Position numbers and translations under genes: made by a program. DNA of 63,329 nucleotides, filler included, from Basidiobolus ranarum (Eukaryota): the NCBI GenBank assembly GCA_040143965.1. It is 52 parts of 52 records of this genome, joined end to end, with 100 filler letters (N's around TTAATTAATTAA, not from the genome) between each part and the next. Parts side by side here need not be neighbours in the genome. Positions count along the whole stretch, not along the records: positions 24,475 to 25,595 come from JASJQH010006335.1; positions 25,696 to 26,816 come from JASJQH010006336.1; positions 26,917 to 28,037 come from JASJQH010006337.1; positions 28,138 to 29,257 come from JASJQH010006338.1; positions 29,358 to 30,477 come from JASJQH010006339.1; positions 30,578 to 31,697 come from JASJQH010006340.1; positions 31,798 to 32,917 come from JASJQH010006341.1; positions 33,018 to 34,136 come from JASJQH010006342.1; 44 more parts are not named here. One strand, written 5' to 3'. Positions 24,475 through 36,674 of this stretch are shown here, one piece after another. The notes beneath the pieces are model-generated. The model saw nothing but the letters and a program-made list of their open reading frames with translations. It did not search any database and was not told where the DNA came from. The number at the start of each line of letters is the position of its first letter. The stretch's first letter is position 1.

Positions 24475-25374
24475 GTTTAAATTTGGAGAAATAAGTCTAA
24501 GACTGGGAGCACAGCATCTTATGCTAGTCACAGAGGCTGACTCTACCAAGAATGCATAGGAAATCCTAGTGGAACATCATGAGCAAAAAGGGCTTGCTCA
24601 CTTGATGCTGCTACAATGAAAGTTCTTAAACTTTTGTAAGTCTGAGGATTCAGAAGTTATGACATGTGTAAATGATGTCAAGAAACTAACCAGCAACTGG
24701 AATTGGTGAATTATGAAGGACCTGAAATGGATATAATTCTTACCATAATCTATGGTCTTGCTGAATCATGCTCAGCCCTTAGACTCACTTTGGAAGCAAT
24801 TGGGGATAAGCTTACTCAGCATTATCTGAACACTCATCTATGTCCAGAAGAATTGAAAAGGAAAGACAAAAGTCAGCTTGTAGATGAAACATAATTTAGC
24901 CAAGCATTTTATTCTCAGAAGAGCCAATTAAAAAGGAGCACTGTGAAATGTCTCAAATGTGGAAAGCTGGGACACATCGCATGCAATTGGAGATGCAAGA
25001 AGAAATGGGTTTGAAAGAAAAAGGAAGCATATAACACCACAACCAAGGAAATGAACACAATGTACTTATGGCAATCTCTAAATCAGGAAATGACTCTGCT
25101 GATGTATGCACTCTGGATTCTGGTGCAAGTGATCCTATGTGTTGCAATAGAAAAATAATGCATGACCATATAGAAATAAAACTGGAAGAAACAAACCAGT
25201 TGTATATGGAATGATAAAGATCAAACTTGACTTACAAGTAAGTAAAGCCAAAAGGGTCATGGTAACCTTGGAAGATGTCTGCTATATTCCATCATTTACA
25301 AAAAATATAATTTCAATTGTATCATTTGAAAAGAAATATTATGATGTCAAATTCGGCCAAGAAAAAGCAACTAT
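24475..25374 (+). mobile_element. Ty1/copia gag-protease remnant (distinct family)
   Basis: CLKCGKAGHIACN knuckle, LDSGASDPMC and LEDVCYIPSFTKNIISI. Same family as 62216-62328. Confidence 0.8.
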
Positions 25375-25595
25375 CCCTATCAAAAACAAAATTGACTTGA
25401 TCCGGATTGGATCCACCCTCCAAAATAGCAAAACCGTCAGAGAACTGTCACAATATTGTTGGCTTGCATTCTGCCAGGGATTTTGATGGGGTGCTGGTGG
25501 TTTCTTGATGGTATCTGAGTGGTATTCATACATGTTGAAATATTGACCCTCAAATTTGGCACGCATTATTCAATATCCAGCAATTTTTGCAATAA
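25375..25595 (-). mobile_element. CACTA-like end B
   Basis: CCCTATCAAAAACAAAATTGAC... with ACCGTCA motifs. Confidence 0.85.
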
Positions 25596-25695
25596 NNNNN
25601 NNNNNNNNNNNNNNNNNNNNNNNNNNNNNNNNNNNNNNNTTAATTAATTAANNNNNNNNNNNNNNNNNNNNNNNNNNNNNNNNNNNNNNNNNNNN

Positions 25696-25979
25696 CAATA
25701 GATCCTGGCACAATGGAACAAGTCCAGTGTTGAAGTGATAAATGTGTAAAATTTGAGTTACGTTTTTTGCACATGTGTTGATCCATAGTTCTCTGAGATT
25801 TTAGCCAATTATTTGCAACTATTTTGCAAGATCTTGAAGTTTCACTCCTGAAACTGAAAAAATTGATTAAAATCAAATCTAACTTGATGATTTTATGATG
25901 GTAAGTAAACGGTAAAGCCCAAATGAATTAAAATTGTGACGGTTTTCCTACGATAACAATCCTCAAATTTCTGTTAGGA
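25696..25979 (+). mobile_element. MITE right end (to 25725, followed by AGT) inserted in CACTA end A (to 25979)
   Basis: GGCACAATGGAACAAGTCC is identical to 13240-13258. Terminus TTTCTGTTAGGA. Confidence 0.8.
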
Positions 25980-26449
25980 GTAGTTTGGCTCCTATTAGGC
26001 GCCACTGGGTTTTGGGACTCTTGGTTTGCTATTGTCCCACTTCAAACACTACCTTTGCCTCTTCTAGTAGGTAGATGTGGGAAGCGATCTTGATATTTTT
26101 GTGGCATGATATTGCTTGAACCTATAAATAAATCATCTTTGAGAAGATATGTCCATAGTTATATAGCAAAGGCGGAAATGATGCATGCTTCATCATATCA
26201 ACTATCATACCTAGCCATGATCTTTACTCTCATCTTTCATCAATAGTATACTTTGTAAATGTTGACATGTCAGCTGTTATCATAAAGTATAGCCATTGTA
26301 TTTCTCTGGAGTAATTGTAATGTGCAGTGGCTTGTCTGTAATCACCATGTTAATCATTAGTAGTCACTTGCGCCACCCTATTATAGTGGATATGGAAATT
26401 CAGTAACTTCAAATATTTTCAGGTTTGAGAACATCACATGAAGAGCAAA

Positions 26450-26816
26450 ATTACAACATGGTCATTGTATTATGCATGCCAAAAAAATAGAGTTTTTAAA
26501 AAGTTGATCACATTTGTAGTGCGCATTTAATGATTTATGATCTTCTTAACTCCTACATAATCAGAAATAGAATATAAAGACATAGTATCTGTTATAAAAA
26601 TGCTAAAAGTAAACAGGTTTTTATAAAAAAGTTGCTCACATTTGTAGTGCGCATTGAGAGATGTATAATCTTGTAACCCCAATAGTGTCAAAAGTAAATA
26701 TCATTACAGGGTATGTGATATATGCATGCCAAAAGTTGGTATGTTTTTAAAAAGAGACTCACGTTTGTAGTGCATGTCAAGGGATGAGAAGTCTTTGTAA
26801 CTCCTTTAAATTCAAA
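26450..26816 (+). repeat. Diverged tandem repeat, ~125-bp unit, about 3 copies
   Basis: Core CAC(A/G)TTTGTAGTGC at 26509, 26637 and 26760, each preceded by a T-run/A-run. Confidence 0.7.
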
Positions 26817-26916
26817 NNNNNNNNNNNNNNNNNNNNNNNNNNNNNNNNNNNNNNNNNNNNTTAATTAATTAANNNNNNNNNNNNNNNNNNNNNNNNNNNN
26901 NNNNNNNNNNNNNNNN

Positions 26917-27078
26917 TTTTAACATGGATGCATACCGCCAAGATACCGTCAAAAAACCGCCGTCCCATCATCAAAATCACTGGCAGAATGCAAGCAATAT
27001 TGTAACGGTTCTCTGACGGTTTTGCTATTTTGGAGGGTGGATCCGATCCGTATCAAATTGATTTTATTTTTGTTAGGG
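26917..27078 (+). mobile_element. CACTA-like end B (young, CpG-rich copy)
   Basis: Retains ACCGTC/GACGGT motifs. Ends TTTTTGTTAGGG. Confidence 0.85.
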
Positions 27079-27143
27079 AACTCAGGGCTTTCAAATGACA
27101 TATTTTGAGCCATATTTGGCCAATTTTCATCATTTTTGATGGG

Positions 27144-28037
27144 TTTTTGACTAATTTCACACCGGGATCCATGGGAGTTGCTACTGGCTTGCAATTCTCC
27201 ATCCTGTAACATCTGTGAATGTCTGAGATGTATTTAGATTGAATCAGAGTAATAGATTTACTCAATATAGCTGTGTGGATCTGCAGACCTGAAAAATACA
27301 TAAGTTCACCTGAATTTGTCATCTTGAATTGGACTGATAGCTCTCTTTTGGTGTTCCTGAGAGCTTCATCATTATTGGTAGCTATAATCAGATCATCTAC
27401 ATATAAGGCAATTATCACCTTACTGTCCTTAACTGTCTTAAAGTAGATCCCAAAATCCACCATACTCTTTTGGAAATCAAATGATTCCACATATGAGCCT
27501 ATCTTAGTGTACCAGGCCCTGGGTGATTGTTTAAGTCCATATAGTAAATTTTGTAGCTTACACATGTCCTCAGGGTGCTCAGGATCCACAAAACCTTCTG
27601 GTTGATCCTTGAATATATCCTCTTCCAAGTCCCCATTCAAAAAAGCAGTTTTAACATCAATTTGATGGATTTTTAATCTATGTTTTGCTGCTACTGCTAG
27701 TATGGTTCTGATGGAATTAAACTTTGCTACAGGAGCAAAAGTTTCATTGTAGTCCACTCCTTCCATTTGAGAGTATCCTTTAGCCACAAGTCTGGCTTTA
27801 TATCTCTCTACAGATCCATCAGCTTGCTGTTTAACTTTAAACACCCATATGCATCCAATTGATTTTTGGTCATCAGGTAACTTAACCAAAGTCCAAGTTT
27901 GGTTATCTATGAGTGACTGATACTCCTCTGCCATTGCAGCACTCCAAAACTTTGTGTTGGGACTCTCCATAGCCTCCTGTACTGATTTGGGTTCATCAGA
28001 AAAGGCTAAATTAGCACTAGGCTCCTTTTGGCTAGTG
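27144..28037 (-). mobile_element. Ty1/copia reverse transcriptase (long open frame)
   Basis: [35 protein letters not shown] and LYVDDL. Confidence 0.97.
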
Positions 28038-28137
28038 NNNNNNNNNNNNNNNNNNNNNNNNNNNNNNNNNNNNNNNNNNNNTTAATTAATTAANNNNNNN
28101 NNNNNNNNNNNNNNNNNNNNNNNNNNNNNNNNNNNNN

Positions 28138-29257
28138 ACCAAGTAAAGCTCATCATCCAGTTACATCCCCACCGCTACCCCTCTGACCAAACAAAAGTAG
28201 GCTTAGTGGGAACACTATTATCAGGGACAGCTCTATCTTGGTTTGCTCCTTTGATGGAAAGTCAATCCCCACTTCTTTCAAACTTCCTTGCATTTCTTGC
28301 TGAACTGGAAGCCACATTTGAAAATGCAGATAAAGAAAGAGCTTCAGCCACCAAGCTCTGTGCATTTAAACAAGGGTCAAAACCTGCATCAACTTATGCT
28401 GCAGAGTTCTGCCTTCTTGCCTGTGATCTCAATTGGGGAGAATCCGCCCTGATCAACCAATTCCAATATGGACTCTGAGAAAATATTAAGGATCTTTTAC
28501 TCACTATGGCTCACCCAGTGACCTTGACTGATGCTATCCACCAGGCAGTTAACTGTGACAACCGGTTGTTTAAAAGACAACAGCAAAGAAATATGGTTCC
28601 TTTCTTCTCTCCTTCATCACCTACTCTCAGACCCTCCATCCATCAAACACAAAATACAGCTCAAGCTGATGACCCAATGCAAATTGATGGAACTTGCTTC
28701 AGAAAGCTTAGCCCTGAGGAGAAATCTTGACACCAACAAGAGAATCTATGCCTCTATTGTGGAGCTCCTGGACATGTAGCAAGAACTTGTCCAAAGAAGA
28801 ATACTGAATTTAAGATCAACAATATGCAAGTATAAGAGAACTCTTCCCAACTGTCAGAATACTTCAACACTCAGCTGCAATAATGGGCATGCAGTTGGGC
28901 AAACCATCTTCAAAAGTGTAGCTTCTCCATACATCACAATCTCTGCAGTCATATAAATCATTAAAGCTGCCCTTTATACTCCTGCTACCAAATTCCTAGT
29001 TAATGAAAACAACTGCACTTCTTGATTCAGGTGCTTCCTCCTGTTTTATTGACTCTGCCTTTGTAAAATCCCACTCTATTCCAACAATCAAGAAATCTAG
29101 TCTCTTCCTCATATAAGTAATTGTTGGAAGGCTGCTATCATCAGGTGCTGTAACACATAAGACAACCTTTATGACACTCATGTCCACTGCTCATCAAGAA
29201 GAAATAGCCTTTAATATCATATCTTCATCTCACCACACAGTCATCCTTGGTATCTCA
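28138..29257 (+). mobile_element. Ty3/gypsy gag-zinc knuckle-protease remnant
   Basis: LSGTALSWF, KQGSKPASTYAAEF, DPMQID, CLYCGAPGHVARTCP and ALLDSGASSCFID. Confidence 0.92.
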
Positions 29258-29357
29258 NNNNNNNNNNNNNNNNNNNNNNNNNNNNNNNNNNNNNNNNNNN
29301 NTTAATTAATTAANNNNNNNNNNNNNNNNNNNNNNNNNNNNNNNNNNNNNNNNNNNN

Positions 29358-30477
29358 CTCATGGCTCTCCAACCTCAACTGGCACTTTTCAAAGTGTTGA
29401 AATTAGTCCCAAAGGTAAAGGCAAGCAAAAAGCTGCACAAACACTGCAAAGCACCCTCAGTAGTGTCATACTACAGGGATATATAGAAATAGTCAAAGTG
29501 CTTGAGTAGTATTTTGAAAGGTGTGAAGGGAAAAATGCAATTATAACTCACTAAGATAATATCAATTATTCTCAATTGGAATTTACTTAGAATCTTTTTG
29601 CCAACTTAGAAGTTCTCAGATATAGAGATTCTTTCAAACTGGTGCTAGATGCCCCAAACTTTGCACACATGTTCCTGGGACCTTCCTTAACATATTCTGC
29701 ACATTAGTTTGTTTTCATCTTAACAAAACCATAAATGTCAAGTTTCTACTGAATAAATCAATAAGTGAAAACCACCAATTCCTCTAATTCTCCAAACCAC
29801 TTCCAATAGGCTCCCAAATACTTTATAAGTGGTTTGTGTAGTCCATCTGTAAACATATCTTTGGTAGAAAAGTAAGTTAAGTCAATAAATTCATTCTTTA
29901 TATTCTCTCTAATAATGTGATGTCTAATATTCCTATGTTTGCATCCAATATGATATGTGGGATTTCTAGCTAATTTGATACAACTTCGATTATTTTGAGG
30001 TATCATAGTTGATGAACCTGTGAACAACCAATATGTGTTAAGAGTTTACTTCATGATTGCACTTCTTTTGTTGCTTCACAGACAGCCACATATTCTGCTC
30101 CTGTTGTTGAAAAGTACTATCGTTGGTTGTTTCTTTGAATTCCAAGAACAATACCGGTATAGAAAAGAAAGACATTGCCTATTGTAGATCTTTTGATTTT
30201 AATATCTCTTCCCCAATTGGCATTGGAGTTTCTCATCAGATCAGAGTTTGATCCAGAATACATATATTTTGAGCACAAATCCTCAGTACCTTTCCCTAAC
30301 AGAAATTTGAGGATTGTTATCATAGGAAAAGCATTGCAATTTTAATCCATTTGGGATTGACCGTTTACTCACCGTCATAAAATTGTCAAGTCAGATTTAA
30401 TTTTCATCATTTTTTTCAGTTTCAGGAGTGAAATTTCAAGATCTTGCAAGATAGTTGTGCATGATTGGCTACAATCT
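29358..30477. mobile_element. Mosaic: CACTA ORF2 (+), partial L1 LTR, copia RNase H (-), CACTA end A from 30294
   Basis: Each block matches paralogs elsewhere. CCCTAACAGAAAT at 30294. Confidence 0.8.
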
Positions 30478-30577
30478 NNNNNNNNNNNNNNNNNNNNNNN
30501 NNNNNNNNNNNNNNNNNNNNNTTAATTAATTAANNNNNNNNNNNNNNNNNNNNNNNNNNNNNNNNNNNNNNNNNNNN

Positions 30578-31697
30578 GTATTTTTTAGGTCTGCAGATCC
30601 ATACAGATATATTTGAAAATTTGATTTTTGCAAAAATTGCCAAATATTAAATGATGCATGCCAAACTTGAGGTTCAATATTTTCTACATGTAAGAATACA
30701 GTTAAAATATCATCAAGAAACCACCATCACACCATCAAAATCCCTGCAAGAATTCAAGCCACCAATATTGTGATAGCTCTCTGATGGTTTTGCTATTTTG
30801 GAGGGTGGATCCAATCCGGATCAAATCAATTTGATTTTTTTGTTAGGGTAAATAATGCAAGCCAAATACAAGTGTCAATGCTATAACATGTATAAATAAC
30901 ATCAAAATACCATCAAGATGCCACCATCACACCCTCATCCCTGAAAGTCTTCACCATCTAACATTTTTAAAAAGTCAAGGAAATTGAAAAGAGTGAGTAG
31001 ATATTCCCATCAACTAGAGCAATAAACACACATTTTTGAATGGCAGAATTGAGTGCTAAATAAGCAGAAAATGAGTATATTGACCACTAAGCAATGAGTT
31101 GCTATTGAACTGACTTCAACAGCATAGAACATTAGTGGATGACTTCATGTTTGTGGAATTACAAAGAACCTGTTCTCTTTTAGTAAAGTTATGCTTGAAG
31201 GATGTCAAGTGGAGTTCTCTGAAGGGAAGTGAAAAATTAAAAAGAATTACAACTCAAATATAGTTTCAGCTGAAGGGACCAAGGATCAATATCTTCACTG
31301 CTTAGTTGATAGGAACTCCAAATATTCTACTTTATTTGAAGACAAGCTGAGCAAGTTGTAATTGTGGCATCAACAATTTGATCATCTGGGGCTGCTGAAC
31401 CTGGAAGCATTGTAAGAGAAGTAAATGGTCTGAGAACTTGAACTAGGAAATTCTACCACTAAAGAATTGTATGTTGGACACTTATATTACCTCATTCATT
31501 CTAATATTTGTTTACATATAAATAGCACTTCACCTGGAGGTGAAAGAATCTCCATTTAACTTTCCAATGACCTGTCAAGACTGACCTTTGTGTACCTCTT
31601 GAAGCACATGATTCAAAGTCTAGAAGTATTGTTAGAAATCAAAGCTGCAGTAGAGAATGAAACAGGGAAGAAAGTTAAGGCTCTAATATCAGATTAT
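30578..31697. mobile_element. Mosaic: CACTA end B (to 30848), LTR fragment, decayed copia integrase (+)
   Basis: TTTGTTAGGG at 30848. 31010-31120 matches the 6281-6632 LTR. LWHQQFDHL, IHSNIC and VENETGKKVKALISDY. Confidence 0.75.
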
Positions 31698-32386
31698 NNN
31701 NNNNNNNNNNNNNNNNNNNNNNNNNNNNNNNNNNNNNNNNNTTAATTAATTAANNNNNNNNNNNNNNNNNNNNNNNNNNNNNNNNNNNNNNNNNNNNTAA
31801 GATAACTAAGTACTAATTTATATATGACTATATAGGTGTTTAGGCAATGCTAATTTCAACACTCTCCCTCAACTAAATAGGCATGTAAACTAATCATAAC
31901 AAAGGTCTAAATTTCTCAAATTTCTGTCTAGCTAATGGTTTGGTTAATATATCAGCAATCATGTCTTTGGTAGAACAATAAGTTAAGTCAACAAGCTTAT
32001 TCTCTATAGTCTCTCTAATGAAATGATTCTTAATATCTATGTGTTTGCTTCTATTATGAAATGTGGGGTTTTTAGCTAATTTCATATAACTTTGATTATC
32101 TTGAAATATTATAGTTTGTGAATTTTGAGAATTACCCTAATCTGTTAAGAGTTTTCTTAACCATATTGCTTCTTTTGTTGCTTCACAGGCAGCCATGTAT
32201 TCAGCTTCTATTGTTGAAAGTGCTATGGTAGGTTGTTTCTTTGAATTCCAACAAATAGCTCCATTACAGCAAAGAAATAAGTATCCTATTATAGATCTCC
32301 TGTCTTCAATATATCTTCCCCAATTTGCATCTGAATATCCCATCAGATCAAAATTTGATCCAGAATATGTGTATTTTAAGCACAGA

Positions 32387-32668
32387 TATTGAAATTATTT
32401 AGGGAGAAATATTGGTCTGGCCAGGATTTGAACCTGGGACCTCCTTCACTCTAGCCAGGTGGTCTAACCACTGAGCTACCAGTCCTTGTATGCTATGCCT
32501 ATATTGCTAGGGTACCTTAACCCAATCTGTCAATGTATGGTACTTTGGCATTTCAGCTTTACACACAACTGATTGGCCTTAGACTTTGTGTTCAGTTCCA
32601 GTCACCATACTCCATATTTTCCACTTTGGGAATCACTGCTTGTGCTACAAGTCACCAGACTTTCAACA
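32387..32668 (-). mobile_element. 282-bp LTR-like unit L3 containing a tRNA-like cassette
   Basis: TGTTGAAAG...TTTCAATA on the minus strand. Same length as the copy at 58958-59239. Interrupts copia RT. Confidence 0.85.
32413..32485 (-). pseudogene. tRNA-derived sequence (73 nt) inside L3
   Basis: A box TAGCTCAGTGG, B box GGTTCAAATCC, T-stem CCAGG/CCTGG; anticodon arm imperfect. Confidence 0.8.
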
Positions 32669-33017
32669 ATTAGGCCACAGTACCTTTCAAATATCCAAAA
32701 ATCCGCTTAACTGCTATGATTTGATCAGATCCATAATTTTGAAGATATTGGCACATAACTCCCACAGAATATGCAATATCCGGCCATGTTCCAACCACAA
32801 TATACATCAAACTACCAACCATAGATTGATAAGGAAGTTTCTAGCTTTTATTTGAATCCAAGAATGTCTGATTTGAGCCATTTTTGGTCAAGTTAAGATT
32901 TTTCTCCATTGGGATAGNNNNNNNNNNNNNNNNNNNNNNNNNNNNNNNNNNNNNNNNNNNNTTAATTAATTAANNNNNNNNNNNNNNNNNNNNNNNNNNN
33001 NNNNNNNNNNNNNNNNN

Positions 33018-33136
33018 CTGGATGAACTGACACAAGCTTGCTAGGAAGGGATGGCACAGTAGATATGATGTCCTAATCTAATAATAGAAGAGTTCCATAT
33101 GAAGTGGATCAGTTTGCCAAGATCAGAATCATGACA
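33018..33136 (-). repeat. LTR-like family L7 terminus (TGTCATGATTC)
   Basis: Paralogs at 33873-34136 (inverted) and 56144-56423. Confidence 0.7.
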
Positions 33137-33339
33137 CATAATGCATTCAGCTTTGAGCTGTTTTGATATGTATGCTAAATAAATTGATTTGGATCAGACT
33201 ATGATTAACTTTGCTAATGCAGTTTACTATATAATATCCATGCAATCACACATAGTTGAAATAATTAAGGTATTAAATGCAAACAAAAATTTTATTCTAC
33301 AGAATGAAGTCAATTTTACCATAATAATTGAAATTCTTA

Positions 33340-33872
33340 GATAAATAACTTGCACACACTAGATCAATCAGTATTTTGCCAGCTCAATACAAGATTAATA
33401 TCATGCTGTCCATCTACTCTAAATGGTCATTTCTCATTAATCCAAAAGCAACCACTGGCTTTCCTATCACCACCCTACAAGCTGTATATGAGAAATGCTG
33501 TGGCTCATATACTCCAATACCTACCAGAAAGCAGCTAGTCAATTTGTTTTGTTACTACAAAAACTATTGTCCAATCAAATTTCAGTGCACTATGGATGGT
33601 AGCAAAAGTGGGAGAAGCTTCCATACCAGGCTTCAAGTAAGTGAGAATTATCTAGCTTCAGTGATGAATGATGTTGAAAATGCCTAGGACAAAAGATTTA
33701 GAGATTCAAATTTCCTTCCATTTCCTGGAGTATTTCCCAGTAGAGTTCATATCAGAAGTATTCTTGACACATTTCCAGTCAGAATTAACAGGCCCAAAAA
33801 GCAACCAAAAGCCATTCTATTCTGGCAAGTACAAAGCCCACTATGTAAAGTTACACGCTTTGACAGATTAGG
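33340..33872 (+). mobile_element. PIF/Harbinger (IS5-like, DDE_Tnp_4) transposase remnant
   Basis: Across one frameshift: SILDTFPVRINRPK / NQKPFYSGKYKAHYVKLHALTD, matching the first-Asp DxT..RP..Q..YSGK.K.H..K pattern. Confidence 0.7.
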
Positions 33873-34136
33873 AGTCATGATTCTGATCTTGGCATACTGA
33901 TCCACTGCTAATAGAACTCTTCTATTATTAGATTTTGAGATCTTATCAGCTGTGCCATCTCTTCTTGGCAATCTGGTGTTAGTTCATCCAGATTACCTTA
34001 TATGGAAGTCGCCTTCTTTGCAACATTCCATGAAACCTAACCAATTATGTCATCCCACACATAGTGTATTTCCACCAAGACCTTCTGGGGAAGGTCACCT
34101 GATCATTGTCACACCAACCTTACATCATCACTCTTT
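33873..34136 (+). repeat. LTR-like family L7, 5' part
   Basis: Reverse complement of ~56180-56423. Confidence 0.7.
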
Positions 34137-34236
34137 NNNNNNNNNNNNNNNNNNNNNNNNNNNNNNNNNNNNNNNNNNNNTTAATTAATTAANNNNNNNN
34201 NNNNNNNNNNNNNNNNNNNNNNNNNNNNNNNNNNNN

Positions 34237-35355
34237 GCATTATCTTGCTGTAGATTTTGTCAAATCAATGGAGTTTACTCTATCAGGCATACACATTACT
34301 ACTATCCAAATACAACACTAAGCTCCATGATTTTACAATCAAGAGCCCAGTCAGATTTCAACATGATTACTGATATCAATTCACCAAACAATCAGTCTAA
34401 CATCAAACTTGGTATTAGCAGTAAGTCTAGGATTAAATTGCTAAAGGGGATCAGCTGGAGCCAGAGCTTCCCATTAGTTACTATGCACTTACTATTCAAC
34501 AACATTCCAATACTACTTACTCAGCTATATAGTGGAAATTTCAATATGAATGAGCCATTCAAGATAGGACCAAAGTTTGAATAAATGGGGAAAATGCTTC
34601 AAAACATCAAGATACCATCATACTTTACCAGGACTCCCATCAATATCTACTCCTCTAGGTGTTTATTCAAATGTAAAGATTGGAAGTATTGGATTTGTAT
34701 ATATTCAAGTGGAATCTTAAGAAGATTTCTGCCTGAAAGATATTAGCAACATTGGGAGTTGTTTGTGGATATTGTTAATATATTCTTATGACATCAACTC
34801 ATATTGGCAGATCTCAAGCAGATAAAGTGGCTGTGTGAAGATTTTGTAATTGGATATGAAAAACTTTATTACAGGCTTAGAGAAGATAAACTGAATCTAT
34901 GCCAGTATTCAATATATTCCTTGCTGCATCTTTCACAATGCTTAGAGATTATAGGCCCTTGCTATATATTCAGGGAGTTTTCAATGGAGTGCACCTGCAC
35001 TGAAATGATGCTCTATGTGAAATTTTCAGTATTACCATAAGCTAATCTGATTAGCAACATATCAGTAAAATCTGTGATGAATGAAATGTGATGGGTTAAG
35101 GAGACTCCAGAGTATATTAACCTTCCAACAAAAGGGCTCTTTTCAATGTGCTCATGGGTTTTTGCATTGTTTGAGCACAATAACAGCAACAAAACCCAAT
35201 CCATGGACACAGAGTAAGTACCTCTATAATCTGGACTAAATTGTTTGTGTGATAATCTGATGGTATTTCTAGGAAAGCTGCAAGAGAGACTTCTTGGTGA
35301 GAGAGATCAACATATGCAGTATTATTGTTTTAGTCATGGAGTAATCTATTCAGAT
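34237..35355 (+). mobile_element. CMC/CACTA transposase remnant
   Basis: FPLVTMHLL, FVIGYEKLYY and SLLHLSQCLEIIGPCYIFREFSMECTC. Confidence 0.9.
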
Positions 35356-35455
35356 NNNNNNNNNNNNNNNNNNNNNNNNNNNNNNNNNNNNNNNNNNNNT
35401 TAATTAATTAANNNNNNNNNNNNNNNNNNNNNNNNNNNNNNNNNNNNNNNNNNNN

Positions 35456-35578
35456 CCGTCACACCATCAAAATCCCTGGCAGAATGCAAGCCAACGATAT
35501 TGTGACGGTTCTCTGACGGTTTTGCTATTTCGGAGGGTGGATCCAATCCGGATCAAATTGATTTTATTTTTGTTAGGG
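35456..35578 (+). mobile_element. CACTA-like end B (CpG-rich copy)
   Basis: GTGACGGTTCTCTGACGGT; ends TTTTTGTTAGGG. Confidence 0.85.
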
Positions 35579-36574
35579 TTGCAACAGAGGATGATTCAGG
35601 ACCCAGAACATCATCCTAAAGGAGAAATTTGCCAGGGAACTGGTGGAACACTTCCAATGATGATGTATGTGCTTATGCAGCTTTCTGTAACAAGGCACAG
35701 GCTCTAGATCAAACTCTGAAATGTGTAGAATCAAAATTATGAGAAAAGCAATATCTGATGGCTTTTCTTCACTTTGGGAAAATAAGACATGGGTTTTAAG
35801 TCCTCTACCATCAGGGAGTAAGCCAATAGGTTGCAAATGGGTCAAATCAAAGCCAGGAGTTCTCTTATCAATCTGTGGTGGGTAGTTTAATGTATTCAAT
35901 GGTTGGAATATGTCATGACATTGCTATGGCGGCAGCAATTCTCAGCCAATATCTCAACAATCCAGGATCTTAACACAAAACTGCAGTAAAACAAATATTC
36001 AGGTACTTGAGAAGATCTCTAGATCTAGTTCTTGAATACCCTGCCACTCCTGATGCACCAAATTTTGACGGCTACTGTGAAGCAGACTAGGGAAGAAATC
36101 TTGATGTTGGAAGATAAATGACTGGGTACACTTTCTTTATGATAATGGAGTCATAACTTGGAATAGTAAGGAGCAACCAACCTTAGCACTTTACACTACA
36201 GAAGCAATGTATATAGCCGCCGCGGCTACTACACAAGAAGCTATGTGATCAAGGCAGTTATTTACAGACTTAGGATACATGCAAAAGTGTGTTATTACTG
36301 TATTTGAAGATAATTGAAGTTGTATTTCCTCAGCTAAAAACCCTACATTTCTTGCTAGAACAAAACAAATAGATATTGAGCAACATTTCATTAGAGAAGC
36401 AATGGAGAATGATATAATTGAACTTGTCTATTGCCCTACTGAAGAAATGATTGCTGACATGTTAACCAAACCTTTAGCTAAAGTGCAATTGGAATTATGA
36501 AGATATAAGTTAGGTTTAGGAGGTATACAAAATAATTAGTTGAGTATGAATGTAGCAATTAGGTAAATAGCAAC
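35579..36574 (+). mobile_element. Ty1/copia RT-RNase H remnant with 3' LTR start at 36551
   Basis: Same family as 6129-7253. ALYTTEAMYIA, RTKQIDI and ADMLTKPL. Confidence 0.85.
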
Positions 36575-36674
36575 NNNNNNNNNNNNNNNNNNNNNNNNNN
36601 NNNNNNNNNNNNNNNNNNTTAATTAATTAANNNNNNNNNNNNNNNNNNNNNNNNNNNNNNNNNNNNNNNNNNNN

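Larger units (their letters stand above)
31798..32917 (-). mobile_element. Ty1/copia L1 family 3' end: RT-RNase H, PPT AGTTGAGGGAGAG, LTR start
   Basis: GYSDANW, SKKQPTIALSTIEAEYMA, RSKHIDIK and ADILTKPL. Confidence 0.93.

Noticed and set aside
26949-27970. Intact 305-aa RT ORF as evidence of an active or domesticated gene
   Set aside because: Its C-terminus is chimeric, reading into inserted DNA-transposon ends, so the element is disrupted.
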